The translations under genes were made by a program, and so were the position numbers. This document shows, piece by piece, positions 8,595-17,918 of a DNA stretch of 37,408 nt. The DNA is from Pseudomonadota bacterium (GTDB lineage: Bacteria; Pseudomonadota; Gammaproteobacteria; Pseudomonadales; Azotimanducaceae). Under the pieces are notes generated by a model. That model had not been told where the DNA came from. It searched no databases and saw nothing but the letters and a program-made list of their open reading frames with translations. The DNA lies in NCBI GenBank assembly GCA_009936895.1, contig JAACDS010000160.1:1-37408 (forward strand), in the 5' to 3' direction. How positions within the stretch are numbered: position 1 is the first letter of the stretch; each line of letters starts with the position of its first letter.

Positions 8595-9416
8595 CTAGAG
8601 ATAGCCGCGAAAGCCAATACGCATGCGAATTTTGAACGCCCAAAAGTTGTCCTTGCCGGATACCTTGATGCGGCGCAGACGCCAAGGGTCTGTGTTACTG
8701 CCGCCAGCACCGTCAATGCCTTCGTCGGTGGTGACGGCGTTACTGAAACCAGCCTCCCGCACTAAGTTGACGTCCTCTGCGCTGAACAGACCGAAGGGAT
8801 AGGCAAACGAGGTGACGCTGGTTTCAAAGGTCTCCTCTAAGACTTGCCGGCAGGCGCCGATTTCCTGCGCTTTTTCATCCGAAGGCGTGCTGGGCAGATG
8901 ACAGTGAGTGAGCGTGTGGCCGCCGAGCTCGAATACTCCGCTGTCGATCAATTGACGGACTTGTCGATCGGAAAGCTTGGGTTCAGCTGCCAGCTCGCCG
9001 GTATTGTGGTGGGCTTTTTTCTTGACCGACCAGTCGTTGTCGTGACGGTCCACCACTAAGTAAAGGGTGGCCTTGGCATCGTACTTTTGCAGCACAGGGA
9101 GCGCATTGCGCATATTGTCCTCGTAGCCGTCATCAAAAGTAATGGCGACCTGTTTGCCGCCGCTGAAACCGCGTTCGGTCAGCGTCGACAGGGTGACGAA
9201 TTCCCATCCGTTGCCGGCAAGCCAAGCGATCTGCCGCTCGAACATGACCGGATCAACTCGCAATCCTCGGTGTTTTTTTGACGTCCCCTGGGAGCTGATC
9301 ATGTGATACATCAGCACCCGAGGCAGGTGGTCGGGCAAGGAAGGTTTCCACCATGCATAACGGGCGGATACTACCAACACAAGGATCAACGCGGGTAACA
9401 ACCACCATAGGCTCAT
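8595..9416 (-). CDS. Polysaccharide deacetylase (CE4/NodB family) with N-terminal membrane anchor
   Basis: VLMYH, ITFDDGY, GGHTLTH and FAYPFG motifs. ATGA overlap with the upstream glycosyltransferase. Confidence 0.92.
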   Translation of the reverse strand: MSLWWLLPALILVLVVSARYAWWKPSLPDHLPRVLMYHMISSQGTSKKHRGLRVDPVMFERQIAWLAGNGWEFVTLSTLTERGFSGGKQVAITFDDGYEDNMRNALPVLQKYDAKATLYLVVDRHDNDWSVKKKAHHNTGELAAEPKLSDRQVRQLIDSGVFELGGHTLTHCHLPSTPSDEKAQEIGACRQVLEETFETSVTSFAYPFGLFSAEDVNLVREAGFSNAVTTDEGIDGAGGSNTDPWRLRRIKVSGKDNFWAFKIRMRIGFRGYL

Positions 9417-10552
9417 GGCTGCGTCGCCCCTTCGGACACCAGTTCAGCATAGGTCTGAAGTGTGTGCTCGCACATGTTGCTCAGCAGAAATTCCGTATTC
9501 GGCGCAATGGGTGGCGCGGGCGCGGTCAGCAATTCTGCAACCGTATCGCATAGTGCTTGGCTGTCCTGATTGGGCACGCGGCCCGCTGGGAACAGAGTGG
9601 CTAAAATTTCGCCCACACCGCCCAAATCGAAGCCTACGGTTGGCGTGCCGATGCACAGAGGCTCTAAAGCCGTTCGACCGAAAGATTCGGCTTTGTTTGA
9701 AACCGCAAGCACCAAGGTTGATATGGCGTAGATCTCGCGCATATCGGTTCGGTGGTCGGTGAAGACGATCTCGTCGTTTAGTCCAGCCTCGTGGATGCTG
9801 GCTTTGAGCTCGCTGACGTAGCTGTCGTGCTGCGGGTCTATGCCGCCAACAATGATCCCGGCGACGTCTGTGATGCCTTGGTTTTTCAGGTGACGAATTA
9901 AGGTCACCAGATGGTGGTGTCCCTTCAGCCGTGACAGGCGGCCGGGCAGGGCGATGATGCGTTTGCCCTGTAGCTGCGGAAAGTCCGCGCGCCATTTGGC
10001 AAGCCATGTATCACTGGGTTGATAGTCCCGAGGGAATTCGGCGGGATCTGTGCCGCGATAAATCACACGAATCGATTCCTGCGGTACATTGCAGTGATCG
10101 ATAAGGTACTGCTTTGCGGTTTGTGAAACGGCGATGACCAGTTCACCTCGGCCCATGATTTTGCTGTACCAGGAGACCGAGTGCAGCCCATGCAGTGTGG
10201 TGATCAAACGCGGCCGGGTCGCCGGGTTCATGCCGCGCCAGGCCAGCCAGACGATCCATGCCGGCATGCGTGACCGAACATGCACGATGTCCGGCTGTAA
10301 TGATTCCAGCCAGTGTCTCAAGGCGCGAACCCGAAGTAGGGTGGCGGGAGACTTTCGATGCAGCGGCCAATGATGATGGGTACTGCCCTGAGACTCCAAG
10401 GTTTCCACCAGACGACCGCCGTTTGAGGCGACGTGGGATCGATGGCCAGCATCCACTAAGGCTTGAGCGATCTCTAGGGTGCCGCGTTCCACCCCGCCGC
10501 TGTTTAGGTTGGGAACGAATTGCACGACCGTCATAGTGGGCTGGGTCGACAC
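9413..10552 (-). CDS. Glycosyltransferase family 4
   Basis: LNSGGVERGT, HVRSRMPAW, PGRLSRLKG and ESFGRTALE motifs. GTG start abuts the upstream stop; alternative ATG at 10534. Confidence 0.92.
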   Translation of the reverse strand: MSTQPTMTVVQFVPNLNSGGVERGTLEIAQALVDAGHRSHVASNGGRLVETLESQGSTHHHWPLHRKSPATLLRVRALRHWLESLQPDIVHVRSRMPAWIVWLAWRGMNPATRPRLITTLHGLHSVSWYSKIMGRGELVIAVSQTAKQYLIDHCNVPQESIRVIYRGTDPAEFPRDYQPSDTWLAKWRADFPQLQGKRIIALPGRLSRLKGHHHLVTLIRHLKNQGITDVAGIIVGGIDPQHDSYVSELKASIHEAGLNDEIVFTDHRTDMREIYAISTLVLAVSNKAESFGRTALEPLCIGTPTVGFDLGGVGEILATLFPAGRVPNQDSQALCDTVAELLTAPAPPIAPNTEFLLSNMCEHTLQTYAELVSEGATQP

Positions 10553-11365
10553 TTAGGAAGGTGGTAATTCAGGCCGATACTTACGGCCTTGATAGGATTG
10601 ATCGATCAATTTTTTAGGATGCACGCCGTCCACATAGCCCATGAAGCTGGGTTCAATAATGTTATACCCCAGCATGTTTTGAATACGCTCACTGTAGCGG
10701 CTTGCCACATCCGGCGGCACTGCCAGCACCATGTTTTCGATTTGACGCAGCCCCGGGTTGCAGTATTGGGGCGTAATCGCCAGTCGGTCAGCGGCAGAGG
10801 TATTGGCGCCCCCCCGATGAATCAGGGCGCCGTCAAAGACCACAACAGAACCTGCAGGCATCAGCACTTTGACGACTTCCGCTTCCCGGGCTTCGCGATC
10901 TTCGGCCCACCGATGGCTGCCGGGTATCACTTCCGTCGCGCCATTGGTGTCGGTGAAATCATCGAATGCCCAGATCGTGCTTACGCCAAAACGGGGGCGG
11001 GGCTTGAATACGGGAAGTCCCGCAATGCCGTCGTCGTAGTGAAACGGTTGGGGAGTCTCGCCCGGGTGAACCAAAATCGATAACGCTGCAGACAGCAGAT
11101 AATTTGGCGGCAGCAGCTGGTCGATCAACGCAAGGGTCGCGGGGTGCTCAATGATTTCAGCAACGGAGGGGGCCTTGGCAAGTAAGGCATAGACCCGCTC
11201 TGTGTGTGTACCTTCGAAATTGTTTCGACCCAGGAGCTTGCCTTGGCAGTAGGGGGCCAGTTCTTCTCGAATGCGCGACATCAAATCGTCGCTCATGACA
11301 TTCTCGATAATGGTGTAGCCGTCGTTTTCGATTTCGGCCAAGTGGATAGCTGTGCGACTGCCCAT
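10553..11365 (-). CDS. Phytanoyl-CoA dioxygenase (PhyH) family Fe(II)/2OG-dependent oxygenase
   Basis: HYD...H facial triad (QPFHYDD, IHRGGAN), NGATEVIPGSH. Start moved to ATG 11365 behind an AGGAGA RBS. Confidence 0.88.
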   Translation of the reverse strand: MGSRTAIHLAEIENDGYTIIENVMSDDLMSRIREELAPYCQGKLLGRNNFEGTHTERVYALLAKAPSVAEIIEHPATLALIDQLLPPNYLLSAALSILVHPGETPQPFHYDDGIAGLPVFKPRPRFGVSTIWAFDDFTDTNGATEVIPGSHRWAEDREAREAEVVKVLMPAGSVVVFDGALIHRGGANTSAADRLAITPQYCNPGLRQIENMVLAVPPDVASRYSERIQNMLGYNIIEPSFMGYVDGVHPKKLIDQSYQGRKYRPELPPS

Positions 11366-11433
11366 GTCTTCTCCTGTTTTTCGGCGTGTTATGGTCATTG
11401 CAAACCAAATATTGACACGACGGGGGAGAGAAT

Positions 11434-12195
11434 ATGCTGCGTAACCTTGAAAACAAAGTCGCTTGGGTCACGGGAGCTGGCACGGGTATCGGTGAGGCTG
11501 GCGCGATCGCCTTAGCGGAAGCCGGTATGCACGTGGTTTTGTCCGGCAGGCGCATGGAAAAACTTGAACAGGCGGCGGCAAGCTGTGGCGGTTCCACCCG
11601 TATCGCAATGCTTGATGTGGCCAATAAAGAGGCCGTTGCCGATGTGGCCCAACGCATCATTGAAACCCACGGGCGTATCGACGTGCTGGTGGCGTCCGCA
11701 GGCATTAATGTCAAAAACCGGAATTGGCACAACGTCAGTCTCGACGACTGGGATTCTGTGATCCGTATTGATTTAGACGGAGCGTTTTACTGCTGCAAGG
11801 CGGTTTTGCCCACCATGAAGGCGCAGGGTGAAGGGCTAATCATCAATATCTCATCTTGGGCGGGTAAGCATGTGAGTGTGGTGACCGGACCGGCCTACAC
11901 TGCCGCCAAACACGCCATGAATGCCATGAACGAAAGCATCAATATGGAGGCCGGCGTGCACGGCGTGCGTGCTTGCGCGGTTTGTCCCGGCGAGGTGGCG
12001 ACCCCGATCTTGGACAATCGGCCAGTGCCGGTCTCTGCTGAAGATCGGGCGCAAATGGTGCAGCCCGAAGACTGCGGCGAGTTGATTCGATTTTTGGCTC
12101 AGATGCCCAATCACGTCTGCATTAACGATCTAACCATCAGTCCGACGTTCAACCGAGGTTATGTGGCGCAAGCGCGAGGGCTGGAAAAACTCTAA
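11434..12195 (+). CDS. Short-chain dehydrogenase/reductase (SDR)
   Basis: TGAGTGIG Rossmann motif, NISS, YTAAK catalytic motif. Confidence 0.93.
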   Translation: MLRNLENKVAWVTGAGTGIGEAGAIALAEAGMHVVLSGRRMEKLEQAAASCGGSTRIAMLDVANKEAVADVAQRIIETHGRIDVLVASAGINVKNRNWHNVSLDDWDSVIRIDLDGAFYCCKAVLPTMKAQGEGLIINISSWAGKHVSVVTGPAYTAAKHAMNAMNESINMEAGVHGVRACAVCPGEVATPILDNRPVPVSAEDRAQMVQPEDCGELIRFLAQMPNHVCINDLTISPTFNRGYVAQARGLEKL

Positions 12196-12232
12196 CGCGG
12201 AACGCCTCAGCGTACGACGTGGCGATATTGAC

Positions 12233-13156
12233 TCAGTTCATTGCACTGATGGCGGGCAGCAGCTGCTCGACCATCAGCTGAGTCTGTTCCACCATGTCGG
12301 CGGCGCCCATGGCGATGGGGCGCAGGATGAATTTGTGTGCTCCGGCGCGATGAAAGTCCTCTACTAAGGCCATCATCTCCTCTACGCCGCCGACGGCACT
12401 GTAGCCCTTGGGCTGTTTGCCGAGTCGTTTTTCCAGAACCGCATGGTGTCGCTGCACGACTGGATCATCGACGCTGCCAAAGCGAAAACCGAATCCGGCA
12501 CCGAAGTGATCGTCGTCAATTTTTCGATTTAACTCTGCCGCGCGTTTTTTTATAGCGGTGATCACCGGTTCGATTTCGGCTGCAGTCTCAATCCCTGCCT
12601 GCCAACCGGTACCCCATCTGGCGGTACGTTCAATGGCTGCTGGCGCCGAGCCACCCACCCAGAGTGGCATTGGGCTTTGCACGGGTTTGGGGGCAATGGT
12701 GGCGTCTTCCAGGCGGTAGTATTCGCCCTCAAAATTGACGCTGTCCTCGCTCCATAGGCGGGCCATGATTTGCAGACCCTCGGCGGTGCGCTTGCCGCGG
12801 CCCTTGGTGTCTCGGCCAGTGGCGATAAAGTCCCGAGAAAAGGCACTGCCGACGCCGAAGGCTGGCAGCAGTCGACCGTTGGACAATACATCGATGGTGG
12901 CGCAAGCCTTAGCCATCAATACCGGGTCGCGAAGCGCCATGCTGGCTACGTTCATCCCGAATTTCAGACGTTTGCTGCCACCGGCTAATGCGGCCATAAC
13001 GCTCATGGTTGCCAGATTCGGTGTTTTCTCGATGATGCGGTCGCTCTGCCAGATGGAATCCACGCCACCGTTGTCGCACAGACTGACCCACTCCCAGAAG
13101 CCGTTGCCATCTTCAAAAGTGAAATTCGCAATACCAATACCTGCGCCGATGGTCAT
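12233..13156 (-). CDS. LLM class flavin/F420-dependent oxidoreductase
   Basis: DSIWQSD, ATIDVLSNGR, PKPVQSPMPLWVGG motifs. Start placed at MTIGAG (13156) behind a GGAGAG RBS. Confidence 0.87.
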   Translation of the reverse strand: MTIGAGIGIANFTFEDGNGFWEWVSLCDNGGVDSIWQSDRIIEKTPNLATMSVMAALAGGSKRLKFGMNVASMALRDPVLMAKACATIDVLSNGRLLPAFGVGSAFSRDFIATGRDTKGRGKRTAEGLQIMARLWSEDSVNFEGEYYRLEDATIAPKPVQSPMPLWVGGSAPAAIERTARWGTGWQAGIETAAEIEPVITAIKKRAAELNRKIDDDHFGAGFGFRFGSVDDPVVQRHHAVLEKRLGKQPKGYSAVGGVEEMMALVEDFHRAGAHKFILRPIAMGAADMVEQTQLMVEQLLPAISAMN

Positions 13157-13324
13157 GATGCTCTCCGCTGCTCTGCCCAAAACTCGAGCTGCCCAGCTTA
13201 TCAGTTCATCTGGCCTCGTATAGTGTGAGGAACGGCAAGGGAGGGGGCGGGTAGGCAGTGTCGATGTGGCCTCGGAAAAGCCAAACGCGTTACCCTTCGC
13301 CATGAAACGTGGAAAACAGTTCTT

Positions 13325-14296
13325 ATGAGTACAACGTCAACAGACGACGACATGGGTGTGGGGTTGGTTGGTGACATCGGCGCGACAAACGCTCGATTCC
13401 GTCTGGTCAGCCGCCGGCATGAGTGGATCAGCGATTTGCTCGTGCTGCCGACCACTCAGTTCAACGATGGTGCGGACGTCTTACGTGCCGTTCGTGCTCA
13501 CTTTGAGATCCCGTCAGTCGCTCAGTGCGTGCTGGCGGTCGCAGGGCCGGTGAGTGGCGACGGTTTGTCCGTGCGCGTGGTCAATACCGGACTGATGTTC
13601 AACCAACGCGCGCTGCAGGAGGTCTTGGGCGTATCCCCTGTGTTCTGCAACGACTTCTTTGTTCAGGCTCAGTCAGTGCCCTACCTCAAGGCACTGGTGC
13701 AGATTGGTGGAGACAAGGATGCGGCAGGGGTTAAGGCGATTTTGGGCCCGGGATCAGGTCTGGGTATGGCAGCCTTGGTGCCGAATGACGCCGGTAAGCT
13801 GACGGTCTTGTCATCGGAAGGCGGTCATGGCGATCTGGCCCCGGGTTCTTTCTTGGAGGCAGAGCTTTGGTCTGTATTGGCCCAAACGCATCAGCATGTA
13901 AGCTGGGAGACCGTGCTCAGCGGGCCAGGTATCGTCAATCTGTATCAGGCCATGAGCAGCATCTGGGGCATGGAAGCGGTACCGAAATCCGCCGAAGAGA
14001 TTGTCCAGCAAGGTTTGGCCGCTGAACCACTGTGCCATCAGACTCTGGAAACGTTCGCGGGTTTGCTGGGTGGGGCCGCGGGCAATCTGGCCCTAACCGT
14101 GGGGGCACGCGGCGGCGTGTACATCAGTGGCGGCATCGCACCGAAGTTGGCGGACATGCTGCCCACGAGTCCACTACGCAGGCGATTTGATGAGCGCGGC
14201 GACTTGTCGGACTATGCCAGAGCCATTCCCCTTTATCTGGTCATGGATGAGCACCCGGGGCTGTTGGGAGCCCGACAGGCGCTCATGGACCTGTAG
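13325..14296 (+). CDS. glk: Glucokinase (proteobacterial type)
   Basis: GDIGATNARF, AVAGPV, CNDF, GPGSGLG, SEGGH, E.VLSGPG and GGVYISGGI motifs. Confidence 0.88.
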   Translation: MSTTSTDDDMGVGLVGDIGATNARFRLVSRRHEWISDLLVLPTTQFNDGADVLRAVRAHFEIPSVAQCVLAVAGPVSGDGLSVRVVNTGLMFNQRALQEVLGVSPVFCNDFFVQAQSVPYLKALVQIGGDKDAAGVKAILGPGSGLGMAALVPNDAGKLTVLSSEGGHGDLAPGSFLEAELWSVLAQTHQHVSWETVLSGPGIVNLYQAMSSIWGMEAVPKSAEEIVQQGLAAEPLCHQTLETFAGLLGGAAGNLALTVGARGGVYISGGIAPKLADMLPTSPLRRRFDERGDLSDYARAIPLYLVMDEHPGLLGARQALMDL

Positions 14297-14297
14297 C

Positions 14298-15083
14298 CTA
14301 GTCACCGGCTTGGGTTCGGCCTCTGTCTTGTATCTGCTGTCTGCGTGAGGCGACTTGTTCGGATGGTCGTTGATTTGTTGCGTGGGCGCGGTTCGCGGTA
14401 TTTTCGATGCCGAGTCCCTCATCGAACGTTGCCGCCCAGCCTTCATCCATAATGCGTCGTATTTCGGCGCGCGTGACCGGTTCGGTGGACACGATGTCAC
14501 GGGCCAGACGTTCGCAGGTCGGCAGCAGTTCGTCGGCGCTGACGACTTTGTTTACCAGGCCCCAAGCGCAGGCCGTGTCGGCATCAAGGTAGTTGCCCGT
14601 CAGGCTCAGTTCCTTGGCTCGATTGATTCCGATGAGTCGAGGCAGCCGTTGAGAAAGGCCCCACCCGGGCACGACGCCAACCCGAGCATGGGTGTCGGCG
14701 AAGCGAGCGTTGGGGCTGGCGATCAAAGAGTCGCACATCAAAGCGATTTCAAAGCCGCCGGTAATCGCGAAACCGTTTATGGCACCAATAACGGGTTTGC
14801 CCACACTGGCGACGGCTTCACCCAAATCGCGATCGGTTATCGCGTCGTTTTTGCTGGACTGGGTTTCACCGCCCAACTCTTTCAAGTCCAGGCCAACGGT
14901 AAAGGCACGCCCGGCACCGGTCAGAATGATGACCTGGGTGTCCGCATCGTCGCGCAGTTCGCAGAAGGTTTCTGCCAAGGTTTGTCGCAGCGCGCCGGAT
15001 AGCGCGTTGAGAGCCTCGGGTCGATTGAGGGTAACCGTCGTAACGCCCTGACTTTTCGCAATCAGTACCAAATCCGTCGTCAT
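14298..15083 (-). CDS. Enoyl-CoA hydratase/isomerase (crotonase family)
   Basis: TLNRPEALNAL, GLDLKE, INGFAITGGFE and FADTHARVG motifs. Confidence 0.93.
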   Translation of the reverse strand: MTTDLVLIAKSQGVTTVTLNRPEALNALSGALRQTLAETFCELRDDADTQVIILTGAGRAFTVGLDLKELGGETQSSKNDAITDRDLGEAVASVGKPVIGAINGFAITGGFEIALMCDSLIASPNARFADTHARVGVVPGWGLSQRLPRLIGINRAKELSLTGNYLDADTACAWGLVNKVVSADELLPTCERLARDIVSTEPVTRAEIRRIMDEGWAATFDEGLGIENTANRAHATNQRPSEQVASRRQQIQDRGRTQAGD

Positions 15084-15255
15084 CGTTTGTGCTCCTGCTG
15101 AGAATCCGAAAATCTTATCGAAAGGGGGAGTGTGGGCGCACCTTGACCATCAGGCAAATTGAGTGATTCGTGCTTGCCTAGAGTGGCTCTATTTGTCCGT
15201 TAGGCGTAACTTAACTAAATCGCCTCAGTTCACAAAAGGCGCTTTTAGGACACTG

Positions 15256-15870
15256 ATGAACCGGATGTCACAGAGTAAACGTAGGTTAACTCAGGCCGTT
15301 GCTGCGGCGACTGTATGGATGATTGCGCTATTGACGGCGATGCCGTTGGTGCAAGCGGACCAGAACGACTACGCCGACGCCTGGGGGCCACGTCTTAAAG
15401 TGCCCATGCCCCTACTGTCTGCTCCAGATCAGGATGGCGTGCGACAGAATCTGGCGAGCCTCACCGGTGAAAATGGCTTGCTGGTGCTGTTTAATCGCTC
15501 GGCGGTTTGGTGACCTTACTGCAAACGCCAGTTCGTGGAACTGGCTTCGTGGCAAAAACAATTCGACGGTCTGGGCGTCAATGTGGCCGGCATGACTTAC
15601 GACTCGGTTGTGGATCTAAAGGCTTTTCACGACAAAGTGTCGCTGGGCTATCCGCTACTGCACGATGAAGCGGCTGCCCATGTGACTGCTCTAGGTATCC
15701 TTAACGAGGAATATCCGGAAGGACATCGCGCTTTCGGCATACTGCATCCGGGTGCTTTGCTTTTGGATGCGAATGGTGTGGTGCGCGGAAAGTTCGCCAT
15801 CGCCGGATACAAAGAGCGACCCTCGTTTGAGGTGATGTTGCAGGCGGCATCAGAACTGGTGCAGAAATAA
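15256..15870 (+). CDS. Putative exported AhpC/TSA (peroxiredoxin-like, thioredoxin-fold) selenoprotein, Sec at TGA 15511-15513
   Basis: ORFs 15163-15513 and 15535-15870 are in the same frame, separated only by one TGA. Read-through gives LVLFNRSAVW-U-PYCKRQFVEL (UxxC), then GMTYDS, YPLLHD and HPGALLLDANGVVR typical of AhpC/TSA. Signal-peptide-like N-terminus, AGGA RBS before ATG 15256, 204 aa. Confidence 0.88.
15520..15554 (+). promoter_or_regulatory. Candidate bacterial SECIS element
   Basis: Perfect 8-bp stem GCCAGTTC (15527-15534) / GAACTGGC (15538-15545) with a GTG loop, starting 13 nt after the in-frame TGA. Possible lower pairing TGC/GCA. Confidence 0.75.
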
Positions 15871-16002
15871 TGGAATCAATTTTTGCCGTTGTCGTCGTTT
15901 TAGGGCGATAAATGTATATGCCATCGACGTTTCAAGGTTGATTTACACCAGCGGCATTGTTTTCATTGCGACAGAAACACGTCTACAAGGATCCGAACAC
16001 CG

Positions 16003-16881
16003 ATGAACACGCTCCGTCTCCTGCGCGCGGTTAAGGTAAGGGATTGTTTGGTACTGGCCTGCGCGATGCTGCTCAGTGGATGCGCCAGTATTGTTGGTTC
16101 GTTAACCAGCGGAGTGGCGGCGAATTTGTCGACGGCGATTTTGGATAGCGACGATCCGGCGATGATCCGTGATGGCGCGCCGGCTTACTTGATTTTAATC
16201 GACTCGCTGTTGGCGGGGTCTCCGGACAGCCCGCAATTATTGGCGCAGTCCGCCGAGTTGCATTCGGCCTACGCGGGCGCCTTCGTTGACGAGCCTGAAC
16301 GGGCGAGACAGTTGCACAACAAAGCCAAGACGCAGATGTTGTATGCGACCTGTCTGTCGCTCAAAGACGCCTGCGGATTAGAGCGTCGTCCGTTCCAAGA
16401 ATTTTCCGCCTGGGTTGATGCCCAAGGCCCCAAAAGCGTGCCAACCCTTTATAATTTGGGCAGCATTTGGGCCGGATGGATTCAGGCCAATAGCGCCGAT
16501 TTCGGAGCGGTCGGCCAATTGGGTAGAGCCAAGGCGCTGATTCAGCGTGTGGCCGAACTCGAACCGCAACACGCGAACGGCGGTGCTTTTTTGTACCTTG
16601 GTGTTTTTGAAGCCCTGCTGCCGCCGGCGATGGGTGGTCGGCCGGAACTGGGTAAACAGCATTTCGAGCGGGCACTGCAAATTTCTGAAGAGCGAAACTT
16701 GATGGTGAAGGTCATGCTGGCAGACCAATACGGTCGTCTGATGTTCGATCGGGAACTGCACGACAGGTTGCTGCAAGAGGTGATGGCTGCGGATGTTCAG
16801 GCACCGGGACTGACCCTGATGAATACCGTAGCGAAAGAAAGAGCCGAGCAATTGTTGGATAGTGGCGATGATTATTTTTAG
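16003..16881 (+). CDS. TRAP transporter TatT-family TPR lipoprotein
   Basis: Lipobox LSGC, DDPAMIRDGAPAYLILIDSL, PPAMGG.PE and FDRELHDRLL motifs. Directly upstream of dctPQM. Confidence 0.85.
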   Translation: MNTLRLLRAVKVRDCLVLACAMLLSGCASIVGSLTSGVAANLSTAILDSDDPAMIRDGAPAYLILIDSLLAGSPDSPQLLAQSAELHSAYAGAFVDEPERARQLHNKAKTQMLYATCLSLKDACGLERRPFQEFSAWVDAQGPKSVPTLYNLGSIWAGWIQANSADFGAVGQLGRAKALIQRVAELEPQHANGGAFLYLGVFEALLPPAMGGRPELGKQHFERALQISEERNLMVKVMLADQYGRLMFDRELHDRLLQEVMAADVQAPGLTLMNTVAKERAEQLLDSGDDYF

Positions 16882-16891
16882 GAAGCAACGG

Positions 16892-17917
16892 ATGGGCATT
16901 TCAAGCAACTGGGCGGCAAAGGTTGGGGCGATGATTGCTCTGTTGGTGTTAGGCGTGACAGCCCGAGCAGCGACCACGCTGAAAATTGCCACGCTATCGC
17001 CGGAGGGCACCGGCTGGATGATCGAACTACGCCAAGCCGCCAAGGCCATTCGTGAACGCACGAACGATCAGGTCAAGCTGAAGATTTATCCCGGTGGGGT
17101 GATGGGCGATGACAAGGCCGTACTGCGTAAACTGCGGGTCGGCCAACTGCACGGTGCAGCAATGACGTCAGGCGGCGTAATGCAGCCTTATCCAGATATC
17201 GCACTCTACAACCTGCCCTTGGTGTTTCGTGACTCTGCTGAAGTGGACTATGTTCGGGCGCGATTGGACAAAAAGCTGATGGCCGGTCTGCGCGAGCAAA
17301 AGTTTGTCGGTTTCGGCCTGGCCGAAGTGGGTTTTGCCTATCCCATGATGAAGGACCCGGTTACGTCGGTGGCGGGCTTCCAAGATCGTCGGGTGTGGGC
17401 ACCGGACAATGATCCTGGCGCGCTCAAGGCGTACTCGTCGTTTAACATCACCCCCATTCCATTGCCCATCGCCGATGTCCTGACCGGCTTGCAGACAGGG
17501 CTCATTGACAGCATTGGGTCGCCGCCCATTGGTGCCATCGCACTGCAATGGCATACCCAAGTGGATTACGCCCTAGAGCTTCCCTTGATGTACGTCTACG
17601 GCTTGTTCGCGATCACCGAACGCGCCTTTAATCGCATGAACGAAAGCGAGCAAGCCATTGTCACGGAAGAGCTCAGCGCCGCGGTTGCCCGAGTCGATGC
17701 AGCGTCGAGAAAAGACAATGACGCCGCGAATCAGGCACTGGTCGATCAGGGTTTGCAATGGTTGCAGCCGTCGGATGCAGAGCGCGCTGAATGGTACGGC
17801 ATTGCCGATGGTGCCAATCAGCGACTGAAAGCGAACGAATACGTCTCTGCTGCCATGTTCGACGAGCTGATAGCGTTGCTGCAGGAATATCGCAGCGCCC
17901 AAAACGTCAACCCGTAA
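16892..17917 (+). CDS. dctP: TRAP transporter substrate-binding protein DctP (TatP type)
   Basis: Signal peptide, LKIATLSPEGTGW, KIYPGGVMGDD, DVLTGLQTGLID, ALQWHT. Start set at ATG 16892. Confidence 0.92.
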   Translation: MGISSNWAAKVGAMIALLVLGVTARAATTLKIATLSPEGTGWMIELRQAAKAIRERTNDQVKLKIYPGGVMGDDKAVLRKLRVGQLHGAAMTSGGVMQPYPDIALYNLPLVFRDSAEVDYVRARLDKKLMAGLREQKFVGFGLAEVGFAYPMMKDPVTSVAGFQDRRVWAPDNDPGALKAYSSFNITPIPLPIADVLTGLQTGLIDSIGSPPIGAIALQWHTQVDYALELPLMYVYGLFAITERAFNRMNESEQAIVTEELSAAVARVDAASRKDNDAANQALVDQGLQWLQPSDAERAEWYGIADGANQRLKANEYVSAAMFDELIALLQEYRSAQNVNP

Positions 17918-17918
17918 C

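Noticed and set aside
15163-15870. Two separate small genes, or a pseudogene, as given by the ORF track
   Set aside because: Both pieces are in one frame, the single TGA falls at the catalytic position of a CxxC-type motif, and a SECIS-like hairpin follows, so selenocysteine recoding is the better explanation.
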